Made by a program: the position numbers and the translations under genes. A stretch of 64,000 nt of DNA from Eledone cirrhosa (lineage: Eukaryota), in the NCBI GenBank assembly GCA_964016885.1, contig OZ024741.1, positions 54,002,001-54,066,000 of the forward strand. Direction: 5' to 3'. Below, one piece after another: positions 1-18,000 of the stretch (within the stretch, counting starts at the first letter, position 1; each line of letters starts with the position of its first letter). The notes under the pieces were generated by a model. That model made no database searches and was not told the origin of the DNA. It saw only the letters and a program-made list of their open reading frames with translations.

Positions 1-3000
1 AACAGTAATAACTACAATAACAACGGTAATAACTCCAACAACAACAGTAATAACTCAAACAACAGTAATAACTACAAAAACAGTAGTGACTACAACAACA
101 GTAATAACTATAACAACAACAGTAATAACTACAACAAAGTAACAACTACAACAACAACAGTAATAACTACAACAACAACAGTAATAACTACAACAACAGC
201 AGTAATAACAACAACAACCGTAGTACTACAACAACAACAGTAATAACTACAATAACAACAGTAGTACTACAACAACAACAGTAATAACAACAACAACAAC
301 AGTAATAACTACAACAACAGTAGTAAAAACTCCAACAACAACAGTAATAACTAAAATAACAACAGTAATAACTACAACACAACAGTAATAACTACTACAA
401 CAACAGTAATAACTACAACAACAATAGTAATAACTACAACAATAGTAATAACTACAATAACAACAGTATTATCAACAACAACAACAGTAATAACTACAAC
501 AACAATAGTAATAACCACAAGAACAACAGTAATAACTACAACAACAGTAATAACTACAACAATAACAGTAATAACCACAACAACAACAGTAATAACTACA
601 ACCACAGAAATAACCCCAACAACAGTATTAACTACAACAGTAATAACTACAACAACAATAACAGTAATAACTACTACAACAACAGTAATAACTCCAACGA
701 CAGCAGCAATAACTACAACAACAATAGTAATAACTACAACAACAACAGTAATAATTACAACAACAACACTAATAAATACGACAACAGCTGTAATAACTAC
801 AACAACAACAGGAATAACTCCAACAACAACAGTAATAACTAAAACAGCAACAGGAATAAATACAACAACAGTAGTAACTACAACACCAGTAATAACTACA
901 ACAACATGATTAATAACTACAACAAAGACAGTAATAACTCCAACAACAACAGTAATAACTACAACAACAACAGTAATAACTACAACAACAACAGTAATAA
1001 CTAAAACAACAACAGTAATAACTCCAACAACAGTAATAACTACAACAACAACAATAATAACTACAACAACAAGAACGGTAATAACTACAACAACAGTAAT
1101 AACTACAACAACAACAGTAATAACTACAACAGCAACAGTAATAACTACAACAACAGTAATAACTTCAACAACAACAGTATTAACTACAACAACAACAGTA
1201 ATAACTCCAATGACAACAGTAATAACTACAACAACAACAGTAATAACTCCAACAACAGTAATAAATACAATAACAACAGTAATAACTACAACAACAATAA
1301 TAACTACAACAACATCATTAATATCTACAACAACAGTAATAACTACAACAACAACAGTAATAACTAGAACAACAGTAATAACTCCAACAACAACAGTAAT
1401 AACTACAAAAACAGTAATAACTACAACAACAGTAATAACAACAACAGTAATAACTACAACAACAGTAATAACTCCAACAACAACAGTAATAACTACAACA
1501 ACAGTAATAACTACAACAACAACAGTAATAACAACAACAGTAATAACTACAATAACAACGGTAATAACTCCAACAACAACAGTAATAACTCCAACAACAA
1601 CAGTAATAACTACAAGAAAAACAGTAATAACTACAACAACAACAGTAATAACAACAACAGTAATAACTACAACAACAACAGTAATAACAACAACAAGAGT
1701 AATAACTACAACAACAACAGTAATAACAACAACAGTAATAACTACAATAACAACAGTAATAACTACAACAACAACAGTAATAACTGCAACAACAGTAATA
1801 ACTACAACAACAGTAATAACCCCAACAACAGTAATAACTACAACAACAACAGTAATAACTACAACAACAACATTATTAACTACAACAACAATAGTAATAA
1901 CAACAACAACAGTAATAACTACAACAGCAGTAATAACTACAACAACAGTAATAACTATAACAACAATAGTTATAACAACAACAACAGTAATAACTACAAC
2001 AACAATAGTAATAACTACAGCAACAACAGTAATAACTACAACAACAATAGAAATAACAGCGACAACAACAGTAATAACTACAAGAACAACAGTAATAACT
2101 ACAACAACAACAGTAATAACTACAACAACAACAGTAATAACTACAACAACAGTAATAACTACAACAACAACAGTAATAACTACAACAACAGTAATAACTA
2201 CGACAACAACAGTAATAACTACAAGAAAAACAGTAATAACTACAACAACAACAGTAATAACTACAACAACAACAGTAATAACTACAACAAAAGTAATAAC
2301 TTCAACAACAGTAATAACTACAACAACAGTAATAACTACAACAACAACAACAGTAATAACTAAAACAACAGTAATAACTACAACAACAGTAATAACTCAA
2401 CCAACAGTAATAACTACAACAACAACAGTAATAACAACAACAACAGTAATAACTACAACAACAACAGTAATAACTTCAACAACAACAGTAATAACTACAA
2501 CAACAACAGTAATATCTAAAATAACAAGAGTAATAACTCAAACAACAGTAATAACTACAAAAACAACAGTAATAACTACAACAACAGTAATAACTACATC
2601 AACAGTAGTAACTACAACCACAGTAATAACTACAACAACAACAGTAATAACTAAAACAACAGTAATAACTACAACAACAGTAATAACTCAACCAACAGTA
2701 ATAACTACAACAACAACAGTAATAACAACAACAACAGTAATAACTACAACAACAACAGTAATAACTTCAACAACAACAGTAATAACTATAACAACAACAG
2801 TAATAACTACAACAACAACAGTAATAACAACAACAACAGTAATAACTACAACAACAACAGTAATAAATACAACAACAACAGTAATAACTACAACAACAGT
2901 AATAACCCCAACAACAGTTATATCTACAACAACAGTAATAACTACAACAACAATAGTAATAACAACAACAACAACAGTAATAACTACAAGAAAAACAGCA

Positions 3001-6000
3001 ATAACTACAACAACAACAGTAATAACTACAACAACAACAGTAATAACTACAACAACAGTAATAACTACAACAACAACAGTAATAACTACAACAACAGTAA
3101 TAACTCCAAGAAAAACAGTAATAACTACAAGAAAAACAGTAATAACTACAACAACAACAGTAATAACTACAACAACAACAGTAATAACTACAACAACAAA
3201 AGTAATAACTTCAACAACAGTAATAACTACAACAACGGTAATAACTACAACCACAGTAATAACTACAACAACAACAGTAATAACTAAAACAACAGTAATA
3301 ACTACAACAACAGTAATAACTCAACCAACAGTAATAACTACAACAACAACAGTAATAACAACAACAACAGTAATAACTACAACAACAACAGTAATAACTT
3401 CAACAACAACAGTAATAACTACAACAACAACAGTAATAACTAAAATAACAACAGTAATAACTCAAACAACAGTAATAACTACAAAAACAACAGTAATAAC
3501 TACAACAACAGTAACAACTCCAACAACAGTAATAACTACAACAACAACAGTAATAACTACAACAACAGTAATAACCCCAACAACAGTAATATCTACAACA
3601 ACAACAGTAATAACTACAACAACAATAGTAATAACAACAACAACAACAGTAATAACTACAACAACAGTAATAACTCCAAAAACAACGGTAATAACTACAA
3701 CGACAACAGTAATAACTACACCAACAGTAATAACTACAAAAACAGTAATAACTACAACAACAACAGTAATAACAACAGCAGTAATAACTACAATAACAAC
3801 AGTAATAACTACAACAACAACAGTAATAACTACAATAGTAATAACTACAACAACAGTAATAACCCCAACAACAGTAATAACTACAATAACAACAGTAATA
3901 ACTACAACAACAACATTAATAACTACAACAACAATAGTAATAACAACAACAACAGTAATAACTACAACAGCCGTAATAACTACAATAACAGTAATAACTA
4001 TAACAACAATAGTACTAACAACAACAACAGTAATAACTACAACAACAATAGTAATAACAACAACAACAACAGTAATAACTACAACAACAACAGTAATAAC
4101 TACAACAACAGTAATAACTCCAAGAAAAACAGTAATAACTACGACAACAACAGTAATAACTACAAGAAAAACAATAATAACTACAACAACAACAGTAATA
4201 ACTACAACAACAACAGTAATAACTACAACAAAAAAAGTAATAACTTCAACAACAGTAATAACTACAACAACGGAAATAACTACAACCACAGTAATAACTA
4301 CAACAACAACAGTAATAACTATAACAACAGTAATAACTACAACAACAGTAATAACTCAACCAACAGTAATAACTACAACAACAACAGTAATAACAACAAC
4401 AACAGTAATAACTACAACAACAACAGTAATAACTTCAACAACAACAGTAATAACTACAACAACAACATTAATAACTAAAATAACAACAGTAATAACTCAA
4501 ACAACAGTAATAACTACAAAAACAACAGTAATAACTACAACAACAGTAATAACTCCAACAACAGTAATAACTACAACAACAGTAGTAACTACAACAACAC
4601 TAATAACTATAACAACAACAGTAATAACTACAACAAAGTAACAACTACAACAACAACAGTAATAACAACAACAAAAGTAATAACTACATCAACAACAGTA
4701 ATAACAACAACAACAGTAATAACTACAACAACAACAGTAATAACTTCAACAACAACAGTAATAACTACAACAACAACATTAATAACTAAAATAACAACAG
4801 TAATAACTCAAACAACAGTAATAACTACAAAAACAACAGTAATAACTACAACAACAGTAATAACTCCAACAACAGTAATAACTACAACAACAGTAGTAAC
4901 TACGACAACACTAATAACTACAACAACAACAGTAATAACTACAACAACAGTAATAACTACAACAACAACAGTAATAACAACAACAACAGTAATAACTACA
5001 ACAACAACAGTAATAACTACAACAACAACAGTAATAACTACAACAACAGTAATAATCCCAACAACAGTAATAACTACAACAACAACAGTAGTAACTACAA
5101 CAACAGCAGTAATAACTACAACAACAGTAATAACTATAACAATAACAGTAATAACAACAACAACAGTAATAACTACAACAACAATAGTAATAACAACAAC
5201 AACAACAACAGTAATAACTACAACAACAGTAATAACTACAACAACAGTAATGACTCCAAGAAAAACAGTAATAACTACGACAACAACAGTAATAACAGCA
5301 ACAACAGTAATAACTACAACAACAATAGTAATAACTCCAACAACAACAGTAATAACTACAACAACAGTAATAACTACAACAACACCAGTAATAATTACAA
5401 CAACAGTAATAACTACAACAACAACAGTAATAACTACAACAACAACAGTAATGACTACAACAACAACAGTAATAACTACAAAAACAGTAATAACTCCAAC
5501 AACAACAATAATAACTACAACAACACCAGTAATAATTACAACAACAGTAATAACTACTACAACAACAGTAATAACTACAACAACAACAGTAATAACTCCA
5601 ACAACAACAATAATCACTCCAACAACAGTAATAATTCCAACAACAACAATAATAACTACAACAACACCAGTAATAACTACAAAAACAGTAATAACTCCAA
5701 CAACAACAATAATAACTACAACAACCGTAATAACTACAACAACAAGAGTAATAACTACAAAAACAGTAATAACTACAACAACATCAGTAATAACTACAAC
5801 AACAACAGTTATAACTCCAACAACAACAATAATAACTACAACAACGATAATAACTCCAACAACAACAGTAATAACTACAACAACGGTAATAACTCCAACA
5901 ACAACAGTAATAACTACAACAACAGTAATAACTCCAACAACAGCAGTAATAACTACAACAACGGTAATAACTCCAACAACAGCAGTAACAACTACAACAA

Positions 6001-9000
6001 CAACAGTAATAACTCCAACAACAGCAATAATAACTACAACAACCGTAATAACTCCAACAACAACAATAATAACTACAAAAACAGTAATAACTACAACAAC
6101 ATCAGTAATAACTACAACAACAACAGTAATAACTCCAACAACAACAATAATAACTACAACAACGGTAATAACTCCGACAACAACAGTAATAACTACAACA
6201 ACAGTAATAACTCCAACAACAGCAGTAATAACTACAACAGCCGTAATAACCCCAACAACAGTAATAACTACAACAACAACAGTAATAAATCCAACAACAG
6301 CAGCAATAACTACAACAACAACAGTAATAACTACAACAACAACAGTCATAACTACAATAACAACAGTAATAACACCAACAACAACAGTAAGAACTCTAAC
6401 AACAACAGTAATAACTACAACAACAGTAATAACTACAACAACAGTAATAAAAACAACAACAACAACAGTATTAACTACAACAGAAACAGCAATAAGTACA
6501 ACAGTAATAACTACAACAACAACAGTAATAACAACAACAACAGTACTAACTACAACTACAACAGTAATAACTACAACAACAGTAATAAATACAACAACAG
6601 TAATAACTCCAAAAACAACGGTAATAATTGCAACAACAGTAATAACTGCAACAACAGTAATAACTACAACAACAACAGTAATAACTACAACAACAATAGT
6701 AATAACAACAACATCAGTAATAACTACAACAGCAGTAATAACTACAACAACAGTAATAACTATAACAACAACAGTAATAACAACAACAACAGTAATAACT
6801 ACAACAACAACAGTAATAACTACAACAATAACAGTAATAAATACAACAACAGTAATAACTACAACAACAATAGTAATAACTACAACAACAATAGAAATAA
6901 CAACGACAACAACAGTAATAACTACAAGAAAAACAGTAATAACTACAACAACAACAGTAATAACTACAACAACAACAGTAATAACTACAACAACAGTAAT
7001 AACTCCAAGAAAAACAGTAATGAATACGACAACAACAGTAATAACTACAAAAACATTAATAACTACAACAACAGTAATAACTAGAAGAAAAACAGTAATA
7101 ACTACAACAACAACAGTAATAACTACAACAACAGTAATAACGACAACAACAGTAATAACTAGAACCACAGTAATAACTACAACAACATCAGTAATAACTA
7201 AAACAACCACAATAATAACTACAATAACAACAGTAATAACTACAACAACAACAGTAATAACTGCAACAACAGTAATAACTACAACAACAGTAATAACCCC
7301 AACAACAGTAATAACTACAACAACAACAGTAATAACTATAACAACAACATTAATAACTACAACAACAATAGTAATAACAACAACAACAGTAATAACTACA
7401 ACAGCAGTAATAACTACAACAACAGTAATAACTATAACAACAATAGTTATAACAACAACAACAGTAATAACTGCAACAACAATAGTAATAACAACAGCAA
7501 CAACAGTAATAACTACAACAACAATAGAAATAACAACGACAACAACAGTAATAACTACAAGAAAAACAGTAATAACTACAACAACAACAGTAATAACAAC
7601 AACAACAACAGTAATAACTAAAACAACAGTAATAACTACAACAACAACAGTAATAACTACAACAACAGTAATAACTCCAAGAAAAACAGTAATAACTACG
7701 ACAACAACAGTAATAACTACAAGAAAAACAGTAAAAACTACAACAACAACAGTAATAACTACAACAACAACAGTAATAACTACAACAACAAAAGTAATAA
7801 CTTCAACGACAGTAATAACTACAAAAACGGTAATAACTACAACCACAGTAATAACTACAACAACAACAGTAATAACTAAAACAACAGTAATAACAACAAC
7901 AACAGTAATAACTACAACAACAACAGTAATAACTTCAACAACAACAGTAATAACTACAACAACAACAGTAATAACTAAAATAACAACAGTAATAACTCAA
8001 ACAACAGTAATAACTACAAAAACAACAGTAATAACTACAACAACAGTAATAACTCCAACAACAGTAATAACTACAACAACAGTAGTAACTACAACAACAC
8101 TAATAACTATAACAACAACAGTAATAACTACAACAACAACAGTAATAACAACAACAACAGTAATATCTACAACAACAACAGTAATAACTACAACAACAAC
8201 AGTAATAACTACAACAACAGTAATAACCCCAACAACAGTAATAACTACAACAACAACAGTAATAACTACAACAACAATAGTAATAACTACAACAGCACTA
8301 TTAACTACAACAACAACAGTAATAACTATAACAACAACAGTAATAACAACAACAGTAATAACTACAACAACAATAGTAATAACAACAACAACAACAGTAA
8401 TAACTACAACAACAGTAATAACTCCAAAAACAACGGTAATAACTACAACAACAACAGTAATAACTACACCAACAGTAATAACTACAACAACAGTAATAAC
8501 TACAACAACAACAGTAATAACAACAACAGTAATAACTACAATAACAACAGTAATAACTACAACAACAACAGTAATAACTACAACAACAGTAATAACTACA
8601 ACAACAGTAATAACCCCAACAACAGAAATAACTACAACAACAACAGTAATAACTACAACAACAACATTAATAACTACAACAACAATAGTAATAACAACAA
8701 CAACAGTAATAACTACAACAGCAGTAATAACTACAATAACAGTAATAACTATAACAACAATAGTACTAACAACAACAACAGTAATACCTACAACAACAAT
8801 AGTAATAACAACAACAACAACAACAGTAATAACTACAACAACAACAGTAATAAATACAACAACAGTAATAACTACAACAACAACAACAGTAATAACTACA
8901 ACAACAATAGAAATAACAACGACAACAACAGTAATAACTACAAGAAAAACAGTAATAACTACAACAACAACAGTAATAACTACAACAACAACAGTAATAA

Positions 9001-12000
9001 CTACGACAACAACAGTAATAACTACAAGAAAAACCATAATAACTACAACAACAACAGTAATAACTACAACAACAACAGTAATAACTACAACAAAAAAAGT
9101 AATAACTTCAACAACAGTAATAACTACAACAACGGTAATAACTACAACCACAGTAATAACTACAACAACAACAGTAATAACTATAACAACAGTAATAACT
9201 ACAACAACAGTAATAACTCAACCAACAGTAATAACTACAACAACAACAGTAATAACAACAACAACAGTAATAACTACAACAACAACAGTAATAACTTCAA
9301 CAACAACAGTAATAACTACAACAACAACATTAATAACTAAAATAACAACAGTAATAACTACAAAAACAACAGTAATAACTACAACAACAGTAATAACTCC
9401 AACAACAGTAATAACTAAAACAACAGTAGTAACTACAACAACACTAATAACTATAACAACAATAGTAATAACTACAACAAAGTAACAACTACAACAACAA
9501 CAGTAATAACTACAACAACAACAGTAATAACTACAACAACAGTAATAACAACAACAACAGTAATAACTACAACAACAACAGTAATAACTACAACAACAAC
9601 AGTAATAACTACAACAACAGTAATAACCCCAACAACAGTAATAACTACAACAACAACAGTAATAACTACAACAACAGCAGTAATAACTACAACAACAGTA
9701 ATAACTATAACAATAACAGTAATAACAACAACAACAGTAATAACTACAACAACAATAGTAATAACAACAACAACAACAACAGTAATAACTACAACAACAG
9801 TAATAACTACAACAACAGTAATAACTCCAGGAAAAACAGTAATAAATACGACAACAACAGTAATAACAACAACAACAGTAATAACTACAACAACAATAGT
9901 AATAACTACAACAACAACAGTAATAACTACAACAACAGTAATAACTACAACAACAACAGTAATAACTACAACAACAAAAGTAATAACTTCAACAACAGTA
10001 ATAACTACAACAACAGCAGTAATAACTAGAACACAACAGTAATAACTCCAACAACAGTAATAACTACAACAACAACAGTAATAACCACAAGAACAACAGT
10101 AATAACTCCAACAACAACAGTAATAACTACAACAACGGTAATAACTACAACAACAAAAGTAATAACTACAAGAAAAACAGTAATAACTACAACAACAACA
10201 GTAATAACTACGACAACAACAGTAATAACTACAACAGCAGTAATAACTCCAACAACAACAGTAATAACTCCAACAACAACAATAATAACTCCAACAACAG
10301 TAATAAGTCCAACAACAACAATAATAACTACAACAACAACAGTAATAATTACAACAACAGTAATAACTACAACAACAGTAGTAACTACAACAACAACAGT
10401 AATAACTACAACAACAGTAATAACTCCAACAACAGCAGTAATAACTGCAACAACAACAGTAATAACAACAATAACAGTAATAATTACATCAACAGTAATA
10501 ACTACAACAACAACATTAATAACTACAACAACAGTAATAACTCCAACAATAGCAGTAACAACTACAACAACCGTAATAACTACAACAACATGAGTAATAA
10601 CTACAAAAACAGTAATAACTACAACAACATCAGTAATAACTACAACAACAACAGTAATAACTCCAACAACAACAATAATAACTACAACAACAGTAATAAC
10701 TCCAACAACAACAGTAATAACTACAACAACGGTAATAACTCCAACAACAACAGTAATAACTACAACAGCCGTAATAACTCCAACAACAGCAGTAATAACT
10801 ACAACAAAAGTAATAATTACACAGACAGTAATAACTACAACAACAACAGTAATAATTACACAAACAGTAATAACTACAACAACAGTAATAATCCCAACAA
10901 CAGTAATAACTACAACAACAACAGTAATAACTCCAATAACAGCAGCTATAACTACAACAACAACAGTAATAACTGAAACAACAACAGAAATAACTACAAT
11001 AACAACAGTAATAACACCAACAACAACAGTAAGAACTCTAACAACAACAGTAATAACTACAACAACAGTAATAACTACAACAACAACAGTAATAACTACA
11101 ACAACAGTAATAACTACAACAACAGTAATAACAACAACAACAACAGTATTAACTACAACAACAACAGTAATAAGTACAACAGTAATAACTACAACAACAG
11201 TAATAACAACAACAACAGTAATAACTACAACAACGACAGTCATAACTACAACAACAGTAATGACTAGAACAAGAGTAATAACTAAAACAACAGTAATAAC
11301 TCCAAAAACAACGGTAATAACTACAACAACAACAGTAATAACTACAACAACAGTAATAACTACAACAACAGTAATAACTACAACAACAGCAATAACTCCA
11401 ACAACAACAGTAATAACTACAACAACAGAAATAACTACAACAACAACAGTAATAACAACAACAACAGTAATAACTACAACAACAGTAATAACTCCAACAA
11501 CAACAGTAATAACTACAACAACAACAGTAATAACTACAACAACAGTAATAACTACAACAACAACAGTAATAACAACAACAGTAGTAACTACAATAACAAC
11601 AGTAATAACTACAACAACAACAGTAATAACTACAACAACAGTAATAACCCCAACAACAGTAATAACTACAACATCAACAGTAATAACTACAACAAAAACA
11701 TTAATAACTACAACAACAATAGTAATAACAACAACAACAGTAATAGCTACAACAGCAGTAATAACTACAACAACAGTAATAACTATAACAACAACAGTAA
11801 TAAGAACAACAACAGTAATAACTACAACAACAATAGTAATAACAACAACAACAACAACAACAGTAATAACTACAACAACAACAGTAATAAATACAACAAC
11901 AGTAATAACTACAACAACAACAGTAATAACTACAACAACAATAGAAGTAACAACGACAACAACAGTAATAACTACAAGAAAAAAGTAATAACTACAACAA

Positions 12001-15000
12001 GAACAGTAATAACTACAACAGCAGTAATAATTACAACAACAGTAATAACTACAACAACAAAAGTAATAACTTCAACAACATTAATAACTACAACAACAGT
12101 AATAACTACAACCACAGTAATAACTACAACAACAACAGTAATAACTAAAACAACAGTAATAACTACAACAACAGTAATAACTACAACAACAGTAATAACT
12201 ACAACAACAACAGTAATAACTAAAACAACAGTAATAACTACAACAACAACAGTAATAACAACAACAACAGTAATAACTACAACAACAACAGTAATAACTT
12301 CAACAACAACAGTAATAGCTACAACAACAACAGTAATAACTACAACAACAACAGTAATAACAACAACAATAGTAATAACAACAACAACAGTAATAACTAC
12401 AACAACAGTAATAACTACAACAACAACAGTAATAACTACAACAACAACAGTAATAACTCCAACAACAACAGTAATAACTACAACAAAGTAACAACTACAA
12501 CAACAATAGTAATAACTACAACAACAACAGTAATAACTACAACAACAACAGTAATAACTACAACAACAGTAATAACTACAACAACAACAGTAACAACAAC
12601 ATCAGTAATAACTGCAACAACAACAGTAATAACTACAACAAGTACAGTAATAACTACAACAACAACAGTAATAACTACAACAACAATAGTAATAACTAGA
12701 ACAGCACTATTAACTACGACAACAGTAATAACTATAACAACAACAGTAATAACAACAACAACGGTGATAACTACAACAACAATAGTAATAACATCAACAA
12801 CAATAGTAATAACTACAACAACAACAGTAATAACTACAACAACTGTAATAACTCCAAGAAAAACAGTAATAACTACGACAACAACAGTAATAACTACGAC
12901 AACAACAGTAACAACTACAAGAAAAACAGTAATAACTACAACAACAACAGTAATAACTACAACAACAACAGTAATAATTACAACAACAGTAATAACTACA
13001 ACAACAGCAGTAATAACTAGAACACAATAGTAATAACTACAACAAAAACAGTAATAACTACAACAACAGTAATAACTACAAAAACAGCAGTAATAACTAC
13101 AACACAAAAGTAATAACTCCAACGACAGTAATAACTACAACATCAATAGTAATAACCACAGGAACAACCGTAATAACTACAACAACAACAATAATAACTA
13201 CAACAACAGTAATAAATACAACGACAACAACTGTAATAACCACAACAACAACAGTAATAACTAAAACAACAACAGTAATAACTACAACAACAACAGTGAT
13301 AATTGCAACAACAACACTAATCACTACTACAACAACAGTAATAACTACTTCAACAGTAATAACTACAACGAGAGCAGTAATAACTACAACAACAACAGTA
13401 ATAACTACAACGACAGTAATAAGTACAACAATAGTAATAACTCTAACAACAAAAGTAACAACTCCAACAATAAAAAAAGTAATAACTACAACAACAACAG
13501 TAATAATTAAAAATACAACAGTAATAACTACAACAACAACAGTAATGATTACAACAACAATAGTAATAACTACATTAACAGTAATAACCCCAACAACAGT
13601 AATAACTACAACAACAACAGTAATAACTACAACAACAGTAATAACTACAACTACAACAGTAATAACTACAATAACAGTAATAACACCAACAACAACAGTA
13701 AGAACTCTAACAACAACAGTAATAACTACAACAACAGTAATAACTACAACAACAACAGTAATAACTACAACAACAGTAATAACTACAACAACAGTAATAA
13801 CAACAACAACAACAGTATTAACTACAACAAAAGTAATAAGTACAACAGTAATAACTACAACAACAACAGTAATAACAACAACAACAGTAATAACTACAAC
13901 AACGACAGTAATAACTACAACAACAGTAATAACTACAACAACAGTAATAACTCCAAAAACAACGGTAATAACTACAACAACAACAGTAATAACTACAACA
14001 GCAGTAATAACTACAACAACAGTAATAACTCCAACAACAACAGTAATAACTACAACAACAGAAATAACTACAACAACAACAGTAATATCAACAACAACAG
14101 TAATAACTACAACAACAATAATAACTACAACAACAACAGTAATAACAACAACAACAGTAATAACTACAACAACAACAGTAATAACTACAACAACAACAGT
14201 AATAACTACAACAACAACAGTAATAACTACAACAACAGTAATAACTACAACAACAACAGTAATAACAACAATAGTACTAACTGCAACAACAACAGTAATA
14301 ACTACAACAACAATAGTAATAACTACAACAACAGTAATAACCCCAACAACAGTAATAACTACAACAACAACAGTAATAACTACAACAACAAAAGTAATAA
14401 CTACAACAATAATAGTAATAACAATAACAACAGTAATAACTACAACAGCAGTAATAACTACAACAACAGTAATAACTATAACAACAACAGTAATAACAAC
14501 AACAACAGTAATAACTACAAAAACAATAGTAATATAAACAACAACAACAGTAATAACTACAACAACAACAGTAATAAATACAACAACAGTAATAACTACA
14601 ACAACAAAAGAAATAACTACAACAATAATAGAAATAACAACGACAACAACAGTAATAACTACAAGAAAAACTGTAATAACTACAACAACAACAATAATAA
14701 CTACAACAACAACAGTAATAACTACAACAACAACAGTAATAACTACAACAACAGTAATAACTACAACAACAACAGTAATAACTACAACAACAGTAATAAC
14801 TCCAAGAAAAACAGTAAAAACTACGACAACGACAGTAATAACTACAACAACAGTAATGACTACAAGAAAAACAGTAATAACTAGAACAACAACAGTAATA
14901 ACTACAACAACAGTAATAACTACAACAACGACAGTAATAATTTCAACAACAGTAATAACTACAACAGCAGTAATAACTAGAACACAATAGGAATAACTAC

Positions 15001-18000
15001 AACACAACAGTAATAACTCCAACAACAGTAATAACTACAACATCAATAGTAATAACCACAAGAACAACAGTAATAACTACAACAACAATAATAACTACAA
15101 CAACAGTAATAAATACAACGACAACAGTAATAACCACAACAACAACAGTAATAACTATAAAAACAGTAATAACTCCAACAACAACAGTAATAACTACAAC
15201 AACAACAACAATAATAACTACAACAACAACAGTAATAACTCCAACAACAGTAATAAATACAACACCAGTAATAACTACTACAACAAGAGTAATAACTCCA
15301 ACGAGAACAGTAATAACTACAACAACAACAGTAATAACTACAACAACAACAGTGATAATTGCAACAACAACACTAATAACTACTACAACAACAGTAATAA
15401 CTCCAACGAGAACAGTAATAACTACAACAACAACAACAGTGATAATTACAACAACAACACTAATAACTACAACAACTGTAATAACCACAACAACAACAGT
15501 AATAACTAAAACAACAACAGTAGTAACTACAACAACAACAGTAATAACTCCAACAACAGTAATCACTACTACAACAACAGTAATAACTACGTCAACAGTA
15601 ATAACTACAACGAGAGCAGTAATAACTACAACAACAACAGTAATAACTACAACGACAGTAATAACTACAACAATAGTAATAACTCTAACAACAAAAGTAA
15701 CAACTCCAACAATGAAAAATATAATAACTACAACAACAACAGTAATAACTAAAAATACAACAGTAATGATTACAACAACAATAGTAATAACTACATCAAT
15801 AGTAATAACCCCAACAACAGTAATAACTACAACAACAACAGTAATAACTCCAACAACAGCAGCAATAACTACAACAACAACAGTAATAACTACAACAACA
15901 ACAGTAATATCTACAATAACAGTAATAACACCAACAACAACAGTAAGAACTCTAACAACAACAGTAATAACTACAACAACAGTAATAACTACAACAACAA
16001 CAGTAATAACAACAACAGTACTAACTGCAACAACAACAGTAATAACTACAACAACAACAGTAATAACTACAACAACAGTAATAACCCCAACAACAGTAAT
16101 AACTACAACAACAACAGTAATAACTACAACAACAGTAATAACTCCAAAAACAACAGTAATAACTAAAATAACAACAGTAATAAATCAAACAACAGTAATA
16201 ACTACAAAAACAACAGTAATAACTACAACAACAGTAATAACTCCAACAACAGTGATAACTACAACAACAGTAGTACCTACAACAACAGTAATAACTATAA
16301 CAACAACAGTAATAACTACAATAAAGTAACAACTACAATAACAACAGTAATAACTACAACAACAACAGTAATAACTACAACAACAGTAATAACTACATCA
16401 ACAGCAGTAATAACAACAACAACAGTAATAACAACAACAACAACAGTAATAACTACAACAACAGTAATAACCCCATCAACAGTAATAACTAAAACAACAA
16501 CAGTAATAACTACAACAACAATAGTAATAACAACAACAACAGTAATAACTACAACAGCAGTAATAACTACAACAACAGTAATAACTATAACAACAACAGT
16601 AATAACAACAACAACAGTAATAACTACAATAACAATAGTAATAACTACAAAAACAACAGTAATAACTACAACAACAACAGTAATAACTACAACAACAACA
16701 GTAATAAGTACAACAACAGTAATAACTACAACAACAATAGAAATAACAACGACAACAACAGTAATAACTACAAGAAAAAGAGTAATAACTACAACAACAA
16801 CAGTAATAACTACAACAACAACAGTAATAACTACATCAACAACAGTAATAACTACAACAACAACAGTAATAACTACAACAACAGTAATAACTCCAAGAAA
16901 AACAGTAATAACTACGACAACAACAGTAATAACTACAACAACAGTAATAACTACAAGAAAAACAGTAATAACTACAACAACAACAGTAATAACTACAACA
17001 ACAACAGTAATAATTACAACAACAGTAATAACTACAACAACAAAAGTAATAACTAGAACACAATTGTAATAACTACAACAAAAACAGTAATAACTACAAC
17101 AACAATAATAACTACAACACAACAGTAATAACTCCAACAACAGTAATAACTACAACATCAATAGTAATAACTACAACAACAACATTAATAACTACAACAA
17201 CAACAGCAATAACTACAACAACAACAACAATAATAACTACAACAACAACAGTAATAACTCCAACAACAGTAATAAATACAACAACACCAGTAATAACTAC
17301 TACAACAACAGTAATAACTACTGCAACAACAACAATAATAACTGCAACAACAACAGTAATAACTCCAACAACAGTAATAAATACAACAACACCAGTAATA
17401 ACTACTACAACAACACTAATAACTACTACAACAACAGTAATAACTCCAACGAGAACAGTAGTAACTACAACAACAACAGTAATAACTACAACAACAACAG
17501 TGATAATTACAACAACAACAATAATAACTACTACAACAACAGAAATAACTCCAACGAGAACAGTAATAACTACAACAACAACAGTGATAATTACAACAAC
17601 AACACTAATAACTACGACAACAACTGTAATAACCACAACAACAACAGTAATAACTAAAACAACAACAGTAGTAACTACAACAACAACAGTAATAGCTCCA
17701 ACAACAGTAATAACTACTACAACAACAGTAATAACTACGGCAACAGTAATAACTTCAACGAGACCAGTAATAACTACAACAACAACAGTAATAACTACAA
17801 CAACAACAGTAATAACTACAACGACAGTAATAACTACAACAATAGCAATAACTCTAACAACAAAAATAACAACTCCAACAATAAAAAAAAGTAATAACTA
17901 CAACAACAACAGTAATAACTAAAAATACAACATTAATAACTACAACAACGGTAATAACTACAACAACAGTAATAACTACAACAACAGTAATAACTACAAC